IMG/VR virus record: IMGVR_UViG_3300043313_001040
Coordinates: 1-64,000 of that record
Length of the DNA stretch: 64,000 nucleotides
Source: a virus
Reading direction: 5' to 3' (one strand)
Position numbers and translations under genes: made by a program. Under the pieces are notes generated by a model that saw only the letters and a program-made list of their open reading frames with translations, did not search any database and was not told the DNA's origin. This document shows, in pieces, positions 62,616-64,000 of the stretch (within the stretch, counting starts at the first letter, position 1; the number at the start of each line of letters is the position of its first letter).

Positions 62616-64000
62616 GACCGCCAGAAGAACCATTCAAAATAGTCAAGCTGCCCAAGCCGCTTCAGGATTACATTGAGTTTCCACAGCCGTCCGGCACTCG
62701 CAACGACGCCCTTCTCGCCGCCTCCTGCCAGGCACGCGATGTGCGCTGGACAGAGACTGAAACCATGTCGCGCCTTCTCGCGCTCGCCACCGAGCGTGAC
62801 GGCCTGCCGGAGAACGAAGCACGTGCCACTATCCACTCGGCTTACACCCGCGACCCGCGAGATGTTCCACGTGGAACAATGACCATTCCGGGTGGCCCAA
62901 TGGGCACATGGCGACCCTCGGCACCATCACCAGCCAAGAAAGAGATCGCGCCGGTCGAATACGAACTCGACCCCGAGTTCAAGCTCCCCGCGCCAATCGC
63001 GAACCCGGTTATCCCCCTCCTCGAAGCCCTCTACAAGCCGGGAGAGTATGTCTTCTTCATGGGAGCCACCTACGACGCTGCCGTGGACGCCAAGGAGAAA
63101 CCCGACCGCTACGACACCAACAACATCTGGAACCGCGACGCGCTTCTCAAGGTCCTCAGGGAGAAGACGGGCGGCACACTCAAGGGCATCGAGGGATTCG
63201 ACATCGACAAGGGTCTCTACTTCAACATCAACCCCTTGAGCAAGACCGCCAAGGGCCGGACAAAAGAGGAAGTCCAGGAGTTCCGCTATGGCCTGATCGA
63301 GTTCGATCATATCCCGAGGGAACAGCAGTATCAGGTTCTCGTTAAATCCAACCTGCCCATCTGCGCCTTGATCGACTCCGGCCGCAACTCCATCCATGCC
63401 ATTGTCAAGATCGACGCAGGCCGCGACGAGCCGCTGTTTAAGGCCCGGATGAATGCGATCCTCCATCATTTCAAGAAATACGATGTCGACCCCAAAAACA
63501 ACGACGTTACCAGACTCTCCAGATTCCCTGGAGTTACCAGGTCGGACAGCAAGGGAGCACAATTACTCCTCTCGCTCGCCACCGGTCTTCCCACCTACGA
63601 GGAATGGGAACGTGCCATGGTCGTCGAGGAAGACGGGCTCCCGGCTATTGAGGACATGTTCGATCTGCTGGAGGATTACCGGGCAGGCAAGTTGATCGAG
63701 CCCCAGGAAGTCATCCAGGGCGTTGCGCACGTCGGCTGCAAGCTCGTCTTCGGCGGCGCGTCCAAGGCTCGCAAAACGTGGGCCCTGGCCGATCTCGCGG
63801 CCTCAGTCATGTCGGGTGGCAAGTGGTTCGACTTCCTTCAGTGCAATCAGGGGAACGTCCTTTATCTCAACATGGAGCTGCCTAAATACTTCATGGTCAA
63901 GCGCGTAGACATGATATTAAAAGCCAAGGGAATCGACCTCAAAGAACGTGGGCGATTCAAGATGATCAATCTCCGGGGCTTCTCGGCTAGTTTGACGCTG
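62603..64000 (+). CDS. primase-helicase (PriCT-like + AEP/RepB-type primase + AAA_25 helicase); runs off the window; absent from ORF track
   Basis: open frame from ATG 62603: GTRNDALL..; FNINP; LIEFD; DSGRNSIHA; RLSRFPG; GGASKARKT; VLYLNMEL. Confidence 0.88.
   Translation, partial: MPTLRPPEEPFKIVKLPKPLQDYIEFPQPSGTRNDALLAASCQARDVRWTETETMSRLLALATERDGLPENEARATIHSAYTRDPRDVPRGTMTIPGGPMGTWRPSAPSPAKKEIAPVEYELDPEFKLPAPIANPVIPLLEALYKPGEYVFFMGATYDAAVDAKEKPDRYDTNNIWNRDALLKVLREKTGGTLKGIEGFDIDKGLYFNINPLSKTAKGRTKEEVQEFRYGLIEFDHIPREQQYQVLVKSNLPICALIDSGRNSIHAIVKIDAGRDEPLFKARMNAILHHFKKYDVDPKNNDVTRLSRFPGVTRSDSKGAQLLLSLATGLPTYEEWERAMVVEEDGLPAIEDMFDLLEDYRAGKLIEPQEVIQGVAHVGCKLVFGGASKARKTWALADLAASVMSGGKWFDFLQCNQGNVLYLNMELPKYFMVKRVDMILKAKGIDLKERGRFKMINLRGFSASLTL
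62863..62878. other. parS site (bacterial chromosomal consensus)
   Basis: perfect palindrome TGTTCCACGTGGAACA. Confidence 0.75.

Noticed and set aside
62673-63908. Several short ORFs listed at the right end
   Set aside because: They are alternative frames of the single primase-helicase ORF starting at 62603 that runs off the window.

Overview
The whole window looks like one tailed dsDNA phage genome (siphovirus-like: lambda-type terminase and portal, tape measure, no sheath). It continues past both edges, and no host chromosomal genes or integrase are visible. There are three blocks. (1) 1-27.6 kb is a minus-strand early/accessory arm of about 60 mostly small ORFs, including a WGR-fused ATP-dependent ligase, a truncated ABC ATPase, a PUR-alpha-like protein, a ParB-like protein, a MoxR-AAA/vWA pair and a classical AAA ATPase. 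It is headed by a boxA site and an apparent ~750-nt multi-domain structured RNA. (2) 28.6-55.8 kb holds packaging, head, tail and lysis genes; the small terminase points away from the large one. (3) 56-64 kb is a plus-strand recombination/replication block (annealing protein, PD-(D/E)XK nuclease, SSB, SF2 helicase, minimal SET protein, RusA, primase-helicase). The most notable observations are a response-regulator receiver domain fused to a TM plus coiled-coil protein at the head of the lysis cassette, the large structured RNA, a 16-bp palindrome TTGCAGCnnGCTGCAA repeated 11 times about every 3-8 kb, a perfect chromosomal-type parS inside the primase gene, and a TTGACAC box about 19-20 bp upstream of late-gene start codons. 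All family calls come from motif recognition by eye; no searches were run.
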